From positions 41,416,001-41,480,000 of the forward strand of contig NC_092351.1 of the NCBI RefSeq assembly GCF_963676685.1: a stretch of 64,000 nucleotides of DNA. Direction: 5' to 3'. Positions within the stretch are counted from its first letter, which is position 1. Every line of letters starts with the position of its first letter. Source of the stretch: Mytilus edulis (Eukaryota). Both the position numbers and the translations under genes were made by a program. A model generated the notes under the pieces. The model did not search any database. It saw only the letters and a program-made list of their open reading frames with translations, and was not told the DNA's origin. Of this stretch, positions 25,752 through 39,142 are shown in pieces.

Positions 25752-26587
25752 AAGGGTTCCGCGGAACCCAGTGTCTCGCCTACTTTTGCTGTTAATCGCA
25801 GTCTGAACAAACATGAGGGGAAAAAATAATAAAATATTCCTCTCGATACTATCTTTTCAGTGTAAGAAGCTTCACTCCAAATTTTGGTAAAAATCAAGGA
25901 TAGTTTATGAATCAAATAAATGTTTTGAAAACTTTAACTGCAGGCTGTATGTTATGTTAACTGGAAGAAAAACTAAGTCATTTATAAATAAAATACGGAA
26001 AAACAGGTACAAAATTTTAACACAATTTCTTCTAGATCCTAGCTTTTGATCATAAACAAGCTTCTGTCCAAGTCTAGAACAAATCCAGGATAGTTATTAA
26101 AATTTAAAAAAAAAACTTTAACCAAATGTAATGTTTCCTGGTAGAAAAACTAAGTCCATTATAAGTGAAATACAGAAAAACAGGATTTTTTTTACACAGT
26201 TTACTTCTGGGTATTATTTTATGATCATAAACAAGCTTTTGTCCAAGTTTGGTAGAAATCCAGGATAGTTTAAGAAAATTATCAAAATTTCAAAAAACTT
26301 TAACCACAGAGTGAATGTAATGTTTTATGATAGAAAAACTAAGCTCGTTTATAAGTAAATACGGAAAAACTAGAATATTTTTTACTTTTTACAAAATCAC
26401 TTCTGGATACTATCTTATGATCATAAACCAGCTTCTGTTCAAGTTTGTTAGAAATCCAGGATAGTTTAAGAAAGTTGTTAAAATTTCAAACACTTTAACC
26501 AAGGAGTGGATATTTGCGGACGCCGCCAACGACGGAATGTAGGATCAATATGTCTCACTTTTTCGACAAAATTCGAAGGCTCGAAAA
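25752..26587 (+). mobile_element. HINE-like element with ~180-bp internal tandem repeats
   Basis: 5' hairpin gggttccgcggaaccc + gtctcgc; ccaggatagtt units at about 26085, 26260 and 26456; gacgccgccaacgacg; 3' ttcgac..ttcgaaggctcga. Same family inverted at about 62815-63840. Confidence 0.7.
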
Positions 26588-26802
26588 TAAAATATACAAA
26601 ATATTTTTTCTGAAAAATGGATTTTCAAGGGTTGTAACCGTGGAAATTTAGGCCTTAGATAGACAAAAGGAATACGCTTACAATTTTGGTATGACTAATG
26701 GATAAATGGCTTATGCACTATCAAAATACATTAACTTTAAATGCTGATAAATGAAGTATTTTCTATTACCAACATCTAAAATGTATTATAAGTATTTCTT
26801 AC

Positions 26803-26842
26803 CTATCCCAAAGCAGGTAAAGATCAGGTAAACAATTTTCAT
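26803..26842 (-). CDS. Exon 1 (signal peptide) of paralogue C
   Basis: ATG..MKIVYLIFTCFGI G|gtaaga, 40 nt, phase 1; joins exon 2 as MKIVYLIFTCFGIGNCVILIH. Total CDS 801 nt = 266 aa. Confidence 0.75.
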
Positions 26843-27068
26843 CCTTTGGTTTATTTCTCAAAAATTTACCTCAAGTCATTACAGGAAGCAGTTTGTAACG
26901 TAGAATCGAACGATTCTGAATTGTAATATCTTTTATATGCATAGGATGCATATGAAAGAAAAAGTTATTGAATTACGCTTACAACACTGAAATTAATTTA
27001 TGTTTCATAAGAACAACAGGAATTTATGCTAAAACTGATCTATACTATACAGATAAGGTATAGTGTGA

Positions 27069-27075
27069 ATTTATA
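27069..27075 (-). promoter_or_regulatory. Possible TATA box of paralogue C
   Basis: TATAAAT about 230 nt upstream of the ATG, at the edge of the block duplicated at about 42 kb. Weak evidence in AT-rich DNA. Confidence 0.25.
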
Positions 27076-27349
27076 GCAGATTGTTCAGGTATGTTCGCGT
27101 TGTAAATGACCAAATATATAGATATTGTACATATATACTGAAGCTGTACTATTTGCAAAGAAAAAGCCTCGCTTTCTTCAAGTTTCTACGCTTTGTACAA
27201 ATAAAATTTAAATTTCACGACCATATGTATTGTTATTCTATTCGCGTGATTCACATATTGAACATATGCTGTATATTTTAAAAAAATCGATATCCCCCTC
27301 AATTTTTCCATCTCATGCAATTTAAATACTATACAAGGTTAATAACCTC

Positions 27350-27668
27350 AAAAGTAAGGTTGGGGTTGATTTGGGGAGTTTTGGTCCCAACAGTTTAGGA
27401 AATAGAGGCCATAAGGGTTCAAAAGTAAGCTTTGTTTGATTTCATCAAAAATTGAATTATTGGAGTTCCTTGAAATACTGAATCTAACCGTGTATTTAGA
27501 ATCTTGACATTTTTATTTGTTTTAAATTGGTCTACGTCATTAAGGTCTAAAGGGTTCAAAACTTAACTTTATTAGATTTCTTCAAAAATTGAATTCTTGG
27601 GTTCCCCAACTGTTCCGGGTTCGACCTCTGCAGTCGTATAAAGCTGCACCCTGCGGAGCATCTGGTTG
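27350..27668 (-). mobile_element. Truncated inverted copy of the 30.6/34.2-kb HINE family
   Basis: gtcgtataaagctgcaccctgcggagcatctggtt is the reverse complement of the element start at 30597. Confidence 0.7.
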
Positions 27669-29298
27669 TAATATGTACAACAATCAAACATCAATCCACA
27701 CCAAACTGAATGTAATTGAAAGACATCTAGAGGTCAATATACAGTCTCGAACAGAGAACAAAAAAAACCCAGAAAAATATAGCGAATTTTGGAGAATTTA
27801 TATTATTACATGTACATGCATTTGAAATATTTAATATATATTGTTTCAATTTTTTTAGTTTTAGGTTCCACCTAGCTAACATTTTAGAAAACTTGGATTT
27901 CAATGCTAGTCTATTAGAAGGATATTTGATTTTCATTGGTTGTACATGTAGATATGGAATCTTATTTTATCATGAAGTCAGATTTGAAAATGACTTGGGG
28001 AATAAAGTTTTCAGTAAAGACTGAATGTCAGTTTTAGTCTTATATATGTACTTTAAAATTTTAGTCTTACATGTGTATGATTATGTGTACATATATCACT
28101 GATTCAGTGGCAATGGTAAATAGACACTGACAAGTCTTGGATAACATTTTATAGTTTTGAATGTTTGTTTATCAGTTGTCTAAAATTAGGTGGAGGTGTG
28201 TTCTTATTTCCAACAGAGGGGCACTCAACCTATATCAATTTGTGCATGAAGCAAATTGATAGTTGCTAGATACTGAATGATTATACCAGAAGAAAGTTTT
28301 AACCTGTGCGTATATATTTAAAATAACATAAAAAAATCATGTCTTTTTCAGGACTTCTTATCCAACCATGTAGTATGGCATGTTATTGAGATATGGTTTT
28401 GGTCGATGGATGTTCATGAAGAATCTGTAGTACAAAGTATATCACTGGATTTAGCTCTTTGTCTAAGTGTATAATGTATTATTAAAGTACTTTGCTTTGA
28501 GCTCAGTTCATTGTTATGCAATTCATTCTTTGTGAAATAAAGATTTGACAGACAACTCTCATGTACAAGGATTGTCAAAGAAGTATCATCTATGTACAAT
28601 GTAAGTAATAAGGAGATAAAAGCATTCTGTTTCGACTTGAACCAAACATTATACAAATGTATGTTCATTGACCAAATTTAAAAAAAAAGACCAAATTTAC
28701 CCGACAATGCTACTCCCACTACTAGCAATATGATGCTAGGTTGTTTTAATACATCTGTTCTGCCTACTGATGACTCGGTCCTGAGTGTAAATGGTCCTTC
28801 AATTTAATGTTTAAATTTTTTTTATGAATTACAGTAAATGTTAATTACTACACTTTCATACCACAACAAATACTGTATTGGTACATGTATCATTTATATT
28901 TGTATCCATATAACCAAAAAAAAAATGAAAAGAAAATAATTTTGCATAACCTTTTGAATACTATTACTTTGTAAATATTTAGACATATTAAGACTAATTA
29001 AGTAGCTGTTGATAATATCCACTTGACATGCTTGAAATTCTATCAGATTACTTTTGGAGCAGTTATGAGTCTTTGAAGCATGCTCACAAAGGTTCTTTTG
29101 GTGAATCATTGTCATATTGCTCAAAAATTTTCTTTTCTTCGACCGGATTTGGAGGAGATATTATCAAAGAATTGATAAAAATCAGCACAAAGATTTACTT
29201 CCTAGATCGTCTAGCCCCAAGCATCATGTCAGTCATTGTCATTACTAAAAAATGAATAGAATAGAACCATACAAATAGTAAGCAAATGCATATAAAAA

Positions 29299-29555
29299 AG
29301 ATGTGGTATGATTGCCAATGAGACAATTCTCCACAAGAGACTAAAATGACACAGAAATTATTAACTACATGTCACCATATGGCCATCAACAATTAGCAAA
29401 GCCAATACCCCATTATCAGCTTTAAAAGGCCCCGAAATGACAATGTAAATCAATTCAAACGAGAAAACTAACGGCCTTATTTATGTACAAATAATAAACG
29501 AAAAGTGAATATGTAACACACAAACAAACGACAACCATTGAAATACAGGCTTCTT
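29299..29555 (+). repeat. High-copy interspersed repeat (agatgtggtatgattgccaatgagaca family)
   Basis: Further copies at about 13200-13250 (-), 14700-14790 (-), 20510-20560, 41160-41215 (-) and 43750-43960 (-). Confidence 0.7.
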
Positions 29556-30594
29556 ATATCATGTTATCAAATCTATAGTTCATCTCCCATTTAGAAAAAA
29601 AAACACATGAAAAAATGAACCTATAATGTGTTGCTCTCCTATCTACAAAATGTATCCAAAATCAAAGATGTAGAACATATTCTATCATAATCATTTGGTA
29701 ACTAATGTAATTACTGTCTCTTCCATGTCCGTCTTGAACATACAAACTAAATATTAAATAAACGATACTCCTAATGCTCAGGTTGGTTGTCATCGTGACA
29801 CAGTTAATAACACCATATAGGAAAACATAGAACTCCCTTTTGTCATAAGACACTGTCAAACATCCAAACATACTATCCACACTCATCTGTGGTGTCCACA
29901 CTTGTAAATACTATAAAATAAATATAACATAGGAAAAAATAAAAAAATCCTCAACAGTATCAGTGACTGCTGTGGGTTGTAAACTTGAGCCAAGATGGAG
30001 GTCAGGGGCGGATTCCACTATTCTAAAAGGGTGGGGTTACAACCATTTGTCCCAATTCAAAAGCATTGATCATCAAAAGAATGGGAAAGGGGGTCTTACC
30101 ATTGTGTCACTTGTATAAAACGTAAATTTTCTGCTGTAATGAACCAAGTGCCAAAATATATTTCTTACCATGGAAAGTTTTCAAGAGCATCCTTGTTCCG
30201 ATAAAAACAACTGCACATGCTTTAATAAATATTTAACAATCGTATTAATTAATTCATAGCGATATCAACAAATTGAATGCCTCAAAAGGTAAAGGACTTT
30301 GTAAGATTTGGGGATATTCTTTTTAAGTTGTCTACAAAAATATTGGCCACATGTATTACATTTTTTCTTCTTAGAATCTACTTTAAAGACTTTTTTTAAA
30401 TTCATTTCTCTTTTCAAGAGTGGTGATAAAGACACCAGGAAATTACACACCAAATTCCATATTGCCGACACTAATCATTATTGATGGACTGGTCAGTAAG
30501 TAACAGTAAGAAATAACTATTGGTACTTCCAAGACAAATGTGTTTTTTGGAGGTAATCATTATATCTTTTTACCCTAACCGCAAAAAGTATTAA

Positions 30595-32293
30595 AAAACC
30601 AGATGCTCCGCAGGGCGCAGATTTATACGACAGCAGAGGTTGAACCCTGAACGGTTGGGGCAAGTATGGACACAACATTCAAGCTGGATTCAGCTCTAAA
30701 TTTGGATTGTGATTAAATAGTTGAAACAACATAGGTTTCTGACATAGAATGAATGTGGTCTAATAAAGTTAAAATTTGTTTTTGCCTTTGAGCAATTCAC
30801 TATGCTGTTGAATATTAATCCTCTCAAAAAAATGTTTGAAGAAATTTTCTTTTTATTTATGAAATCTGAAATGAGAAAAATTTAACCCCCCCCCCCAAAT
30901 TTTTTTTCTCACATCCCCCTTTCCCTTATTCCAAAACTGATCTCAATTCAAATTACTAATGAAGTTTGCAACAATAACTACTCATTTAAATACATCATAA
31001 AATATTAAAATGTAAAAAAGTGCTTGTTATCACTGAATGGTAAAGATTGTTTTAATTTATCAGTTGGTAGTAAAAGTGAATATACATTGTATTTTGTATA
31101 AAACAATGATTTAAGCTGATTCAACTACTATTCTGGACAAAGAAAGATAACTCCAATTGAAAATGTCTTGCTATTGCACAATATTGTGCAATTAGATATT
31201 TCTTGCTATTGCGCAATACTGTGGAATTGAAAATACTTGCTATTCCACAATACTGTGCAATTGAAGATTTCTTGCTGTTGCGCCATACTGTGCAATTGAA
31301 AATTTCTTGCTATTGCACAATACTTAATATAATAATTTTGGATCCTGATTTGGACCAACTTAAAAACTGGGCCCATAATCAAAAATCTAAGTACATGTTT
31401 AGATTCAGCATATCAAAGAAGCCCATGCAAGAATTCAATTTTTTGTTAAAATCAAACTTAGTTTAATTTTGGACCGTTTGGACTTTAATGTAGACCAATT
31501 TGAAAACAGTACCAAAAATTAAGAATCTACATACACAGTTAGATTTGGCATATCAAAGAACCCCAATTATTCAATTTTTGATGAAATCAAACAAAGTTTA
31601 ATTTTGGACCCTTTGGGCCCCTTATTCCTAAACTGTTGGGACCAAAACTCCCTAAATCAATCCCAACCTTCTTTTTATGGTCATAAACTTTGTGTTTAAA
31701 TTTCATAGATTTCTATTCACTTATACTAAAGTTATGGTGCGAAAACCAAGAAAATGCTTATTTGGGCTCCTTTTTTGCCCCTAATTCCTAAACTGTTGGG
31801 AACTCAACTCCCAAAATCAAGTCCAACCTTCCTTTTGTGTTCATTAACCTTGTGTTTAATTTTCATTGATTTCTATTTGCTTATACTAAAGTTATTGTGT
31901 GAAAACCAAGAATAATGCTTATTTGGGCCCTTTTTTTGCCCCTAATTCCTAAACAGTTGGAACCAAAACTCCCAAAATCAATCCAAACCTTCCTTTCGTG
32001 GTAATAAACCTTGTGTCAAAATTTCATAGATTTCTATTTACTTAAACTAAAGTTATAATGCGAAAACCAAGAAAATGCTTATTTGGGCCCTAATTAGCCC
32101 CTAATTCCTTAACTGTTGGGACCAAAACTTCCAAAATCAATCCCAACCTTCCTTTTGTGGTCATAAACCTTGTGTTTAAATTTCATAGATTTCTATTTAC
32201 TTAAACTAAAGTTATAGTGTGAAAACCAAAAGTATTCGGACGCCGACGTGATACCAATATACGACGCAAAAATTGAAGCAGTCGTATAAAAAG
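30595..32293 (+). mobile_element. Helentron/HINE-like element containing a ~160-bp satellite array
   Basis: Starts aaaccagatgctccgcagggcgcag..tatacgac; ~160-bp units (ctaaactgttgggaccaaaactccc..) at about 31630, 31789, 31950 and 32110; ends gacgccgacg..tatacgac..gtcgtataaaa. Confidence 0.8.
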
Positions 32294-34170
32294 TTTGATT
32301 TGTGATTAAAAAAAAAAAAAAAAAATCTTCAATAATGCTTTATGTTGTACATATTTTAACTAATCAAAATGAAAAGCAAATTATTTATTGAAGGTAACAA
32401 TAAACAACAAAATCAGTATCCAGTATATAGTCTAAGCAGGGGTTTGAGGTCAGCATGTTTCATGTGGTACAACTCCAGACTAATGTGGGATAACTTAGCC
32501 AAGAGACAAGTCTGAAGGAGTCAAATTAGGCTGACTAATAAGTTAAATTGGACTGTCTACCGGTATTATGTATTGGGAGTGAACAATTGTCAACACTATT
32601 GTGCTATTTCATGGCAGTCAGTTTTTCTTGGTGGAAGAAGCTGGAGTTCCTGGAGAGAACCACCAACCGTCTGTAGGAAAATCCTAGTCAAATGAAGATT
32701 GGAGTTTCAGGAATCAAACGCACAACCTGTGTTGACTGGCTAGTGATACATTAGTTTAATTATATAGACCACTATGCCACCAAGGCCCTGAACCTCTGTG
32801 CAGACAACTCAAATTATCAATAAGGCAACTTTTGACCGTCAATAAAGTCAACTTGGACCGTCTTTTATGACAATTCACACAAAGTATTAAAAGAGGACTC
32901 GAACTATATCAATGATTTTAAATCGTTAAATGTTAATTTTTTTTCATGTCAAAAAAATTTGCAAAACACCATATTATATTATATAATAAGTTATACGTAG
33001 TGCTCAAATTATATGTATCTTATGTGAATGACATACTTTTTTGGAATTAGTGTGTACATCTTTGGTTGTACTTGGTGCTTGAATTCATAAAGCTTTATTC
33101 AACGAGTTAAATTGTCACCAATTTAGCAGCCTTCAGCTGTTGTTGGTGTGTCTTGCATTCTGATCCACTTATTATGGAGACGCTTATTGTGATTTGTGTT
33201 TTTTCTCCTCGAATTTTTGACATTTTCTGATTAAGCATGAAGTAGTTGCTACAGCAGAAGTAACAATCAACACTCAATCAGTCAATGTTCACCCTGCAAA
33301 ATTATAAAAGTCAGTCATTTATATTTTTAAGTTTTATTGCAAGACACTTTAAATTCAGCCTGATACATATTTGACCTTATTACAACTTAGTCCCTAAGTT
33401 TTAGTTTATAACCCGGATTTGTTTTCTGTCCATCAATTTATGACTTTCGAAACAGCTGAATACTACTGTTGCCTTTATTTATTCAAACCAAGTGAGATCA
33501 ATATAACAACGGTTATGTAGAAACAAGAACTACATTATTTATTTAATTAGTTTATTTCTCTTGATGATATAGAAATGATAACAGCACCTTAAATAAAACT
33601 TAAACATCTTAATAATATGTTAAAATATTATGTTGATTCAACTGCATCTTTTGTTACTCTAGTTCATATCCTAGGAAGAACTATTCAATAATTTAATATT
33701 ACATATCAATATATTTAAGAAATACAGAAGAGCTATCACTACAATAGTTATTTTAGATATATAACTGCTTTTAATACATGTTCCTCCATCTCAAAAGCAA
33801 AATAAATATAGAAGTTGTAAGAAAAGTATCAAATAAAATAATTCAATATTAAGTAATAACTGTAATTTGAATTTGGTTTTAGGTGTAATGACTTTTTGCT
33901 CATTAAATTGAAATTTCTGTAGTCTTAAAATGAAAAATCACCTCTGAATAAATTGATATTCTTCAATGAAATATATTTTTAAATCAATGGTTTCAATTTT
34001 ATTTTAATTCAAATTTAATATATATAAAAGAATATGTAGGACCAACCTTTTTTATTATTCTGAAATCAGAACTATTTAAATTTTAATAGCTTATGTGATA
34101 CAGAATACATATTGTGATCTCAAAACTATTTTGTTTTTAACTGCTGTCAGATGTTAAAATATTGAAAATG

Positions 34171-36322
34171 TAAACCAGTTGCTTTGCAGGGCGCAGCATT
34201 ATACGACCGCAGATGTAGAACCCTGAACAGATGGGACAAGTATGGACACAACTTTTAAGTTTGATACAGCTATAAATGTGGATTGTGATTAAATAGTTGA
34301 AACAACATAGGTTTATGTCACATTATGAATTTGGTTTAAGAAATGAAAATTAGAATTTAAAATTTTTAAATTGGATATTAAACTATTATGGTTTAATATC
34401 CAAAATGTAGATACATGATTATATTCAGGATATTATAGAATTCTAAAAATTAATTTTTTGATGAAATCAAGTAATGTTTAATTTTAAACTTTGTAGGCCT
34501 CAATGTGGACCAATTTTATTAGTGAATCAAATATTTAAAATGTAAATATATTGTTAGATACAGTATTTTGAAAAACTCATATTTTCATTTTTTGTTGAAA
34601 TGAAACAGTGTTTATTTTTGGAGCATGATTTGGAATCATTTGTAAACTGGGGTGATAATGAAAAATATAAGTACAAATTAAGTTTAAGCATATCAAATAA
34701 GTCCAAGAATTCAATTGTTATTAAAATCAAAGTGAGTTAAATTTTGGATCCCTTAATCCAAAACTGATCTCAATTCAAATTTCTAATGAAGTTTGCAACA
34801 ATAACTGCTCATTGAAATACATCATACAATATTAAAATGTAATAAAAAGTGCTTGTTATCACTGAATGGTAAAGATTGTTTTAATTTATCAGTTGGTAGT
34901 AAAAATGAAAATACATTGTATATTGTATAAAACAATGATTAAAGTTGATTCAACTACTATTCTATACAAAGAAAGATAACTCTAATTGAAAATTAATTGC
35001 TATTGCACAATATTGTGCAATTAGATTTTTCTTGCTATTGTGCAATACTGTGCAATTGAAAATTTCTTGCTATTGCACAATACTTAATATGATAATTTTG
35101 AATCCTGATTTGGACCAACTTGAAAACTGGGCCCATAATCAAAAATCAAAGTACATGTTTAGATAAAGCATATCAACGAAGCCCAAGAATTTAATTTTTG
35201 TTAAAATCAAACTTAGTTTAATTTTGGATCCTTTGGACCTTAATGTAGACCAATTTGAAAACTGGACCAAAAATTAAGAATCTACATACACAGTTAGATT
35301 TGGCATATCAAAGAACCCCATTTATTCAATTTTTGATGAAATCAAACAAAGTTTAATTTTGGACCCCGATTTGGACCAACTTGAAAACTGGGCCAATAAT
35401 TAAAAATCTAAGTACATTTTTAGATTCAGCATATCAAAGAACCCCAAGGATTCAATTTTTGTCAAAATCAAACAAAGTTTAAGTTTGGACCCTTTGGACC
35501 TTAATGTAAACAATTTGAAAACAGGACCAAAAATTAAGAATCTACATACACAGTTAGATTCGGCATATCAAACAACCCCAATTATTCAATTTTTGATGAA
35601 ATCAAACAAAGTTTAATTTTGGACCCTTTGGGCCCCAAATTCCTAAACTGTTGGGACCAAAACTCCCAAAATCAATCCCAACCTTCCTTTTATGGTCATA
35701 AACCTTGTGTTTAAATTTCATAGATTTCTATTCCTTTATACTAAAGTTATAATGTGAAAACCAAGAAAAATGCTTATTTGGGCCCCTTTTTGGCCCCAAA
35801 TTCCTAAACTGTTCGGATCTCAACTCCCCAAATCAATACCAACCTTCCTTTTGTGGTCATAAACCTTGTGTTAAAATTTCATAGATTTCTATTTACTTAA
35901 ACTAAAGTTATTGTGCAAAAACCAAGAATATGCTTATTTGGGCCCTTTTTTGGCCCCTAATTCCTAAACTGTTAGAACCAAAACTCCCAAAATCAATCCC
36001 AACCTTCCTTTTGTGGTCATAAACCTTGTGTCAAAATTTCATAGATTTCTATTTACTTAAACTTAAGTTATTGTGCGAAAACCAAGAAAATGCTTATTTG
36101 GGCCCTTTTTGGCCCCTAATTCCTAAAATGTTGGGATCAAAACTCCCAAAATCAATCCTAACCTTCCTTTTGTGGTCATAAACCTTGTGTTAAAATTTCA
36201 TAGATTTCTATTCACTTTTACTAAAGTTAGAGTGCGAAAACTAAAAGTATTTGGACGACGACGACAACGCCAACGTGATAGCAATATACGACGAAAAATA
36301 AAAATTTTTGCAGTCGTATAAA
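34171..36322 (+). mobile_element. Second copy of the same HINE-like element
   Basis: Same 5' end, internal blocks, ~160-bp array (35640-36240), gacgacgacgac and 3' tatacgac..gtcgtata hairpin. Confidence 0.8.
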
Positions 36323-37763
36323 AAAAACAAAAAAACACAGACACTGAATTGTAGTGTTCTTTGCCCATAAATTCTAAAGACATCTCAAGATGTAGTCTTA
36401 CTTAATGATGACAGAAAACAATATCATTTTAATGGTAGTGACCATCACTTAATTCTGTACATTGATACACATTCATTATCATAATTAACCTGAATAAGTT
36501 ATGTATGCAATACATCTATATTCAAATACTTTCATGAAATAATTTTTCATCCATCTGACATGAACCAATTCAAGATAGCCTTGCTATAAATGAATTAATC
36601 TTTCTCAAGAATATTAAGTTCTTTGAAATTAAATTAATCTAAGAACACATTCTGTAGAGTTCCACATGTCAATTGTATACCTTAAGTAAGTAAGTACATA
36701 CATATGTCCACTTTCATAAGCTTTTACTCCATTCACTTTTGTAGAATACATTACAATTTTTATAAAAATCCACAAATATCATATAAATAATCATGTGTAA
36801 GACATACCATAGCATATACATGAATTTAAACGAAAGACTGATTCTACGATAATGTTGAAGACAGCTGAAACTAAACAAACTTTTTCTGAGTCTTGATTAT
36901 ATTTCCCGGGAACGCATGGAGAAGCATAAATTAAAAGTTGAAGAGAAATCTAAAATATCATATACATGTATTTTAAATATTGAATTAATATGGACAGAAG
37001 ACAATTTTAACAGTATATACACAGGTTTAGCACTGTTGATGTTTATTTGTTTGTACAACTAAATTTTACATTAAAAACTTCGTTTAAAGTTAAGTTTTGT
37101 TCTAAAACTAGTCGTCTGAGAGAAAATAGTGTTACATGATTATCGACACTTATGTTTCTTCCCCTGACCATTTACCAACTAACCGTTTAGGTTGCAAGAT
37201 AAGAAAATTTGAAAACTGTTTGAAATATCATTTACTACTGATATTTGTTCAAGTTTACTTGAAATGAAATTGTCAATCTTGTTTATACAATGATGCTGTT
37301 AAAATATTCTACGAGGTACACATAAAGATGGAGGATTCTGAAATTGGAAATTTAGGCCAGTGCTTAAAACAGCAAATGGAAACCTAAATCAACCATGCAA
37401 TCTACAAAATGTCTGGAGTGAGAAAAAAATGTAACAAAGAAATAATGAACAAATATGTTAAACTTGTATGTACCCACTATATATATCATTTATAAAAATC
37501 ATCACAGGACGAGGAACAGCACTAAAATGACATTCAAAAATACATACACACACACACACATAAACACAGTATTCATAACATATTCATATATATACTACAT
37601 ATTCCAATAAAAACATTTACATTTGTAATATTCATTTTAAAACACACTTCTCACATGAGATATCTGTTAATAGTCACAATTGAATCAATTTTATTTACAC
37701 GAATCTTGCTACTTCAAAGAGATAATTAACCTCTAATTAAATGGAATCAATCTTACAGCAGAA

Positions 37764-38012
37764 TGCATTGAGTGTGTAGGTAAAGGTAATAATATCTTCG
37801 GTTAGCTTGCTTGCTAGCTGAACCTTTAAGTCATTATCATGATTATTAAGTTAGGTAAACTACCCTTCTTTAAGAGTTGACTAGTCAGACATATATATCT
37901 TATCAGTCTGTAGGACTAGACTACTCCCAAAGGAGGGTAGTATACCTAATCTTATAATGACTTCACAGTCCAGCTAACAAGCAAGCTAACCTTGATCTAC
38001 ACACTCAATGCA
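37764..38012. mobile_element. Foldback MITE (near-palindromic)
   Basis: tgcattgagtgtgtag..ggttagcttgcttg..actaccct versus agggtagt..caagcaagctaacc..ctacacactcaatgca. Confidence 0.75.
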
Positions 38013-39142
38013 ATTTCCAATACAAATTACTGCGATAAACAGAATTAAACAACTGATATTTTCTCATACAATTAAATTAAGTTTTTTATATATCGAGTAT
38101 ATTACCTCTAAATTGTTATAAATAAGTAATTTGCTTATTGTTCAATTTTTATTTATGTAACAAGTTCAATAAATACATTAAACATAACTCTGATGATATA
38201 AATGAAGAAATGAACTGTTTTATCTACAAATGAGCCAGTTTTATAGTAAAAGCTAATTTTTGTAAAATCAAATGAGGGCAGAAAAAAACATATATATACT
38301 GTGCAAATTATGAATAATATAGGAATACTTAATAGTAGTTTATAAATAATACTTACGTGTTTTTTTCAAACCAGTATTATTTGAATATACATAATGATAA
38401 CAATAATTTAAATACTTGAGGCCATATGCGTCAATTGTTAGTCACACTAATACTGATAATTTTGAAAAAAACTTATTATTTAAAAAACTTGAATTCATTT
38501 TCAAAAATTGTTCCGAATTCAACAGTCTTCTTCATGATATTTGTTACACCCCTCAATAGGAAGTTAATGAAATGTTATGATTTATCCTGTATAGAGGCAT
38601 AGAAGACATTATTAGTAAGATGGAAGAGGGTCAGATTGGGGGTCCTTTAATCCTGTATTCTTCAAAAATTTTAGGCCATTTTTCTCTATTCATTATAAAC
38701 TTTGCCTTTATTTTTAATCTTTTCTGTATATTTTAGCACCCCATTATTCTCTATTCTTGAGTTTTTGGTCAATCTTTCTGCAGTTTTTGCTATTTTTTCT
38801 CTGTTTTGTACCCGAAATAATTGAAAAGCAATATCAAGTTGCATATCTTTTGACAATTTCTAAATTAAACTAAGAGTATGAATAAACTTTAAACTAAACA
38901 AAAAGAATTTTATACCTGTAGGAAAGAGATTTCTGAAAAAGCATGCAAGAACAAATTCACTGGCAGGTGCATGAAGATGTTTATCAAATAAACAGCATAC
39001 CAAACATAAATTATGTTCTAACTGTACATGTAACTAGTACAATATTTACTTGGTCACGCTGCTGATAGAAAAAAAAATATAGAAAAAAATACCAACTCCT
39101 TGTCATTGGTTAATTTCATGTAGTTTATCATCTGCTCTATAT

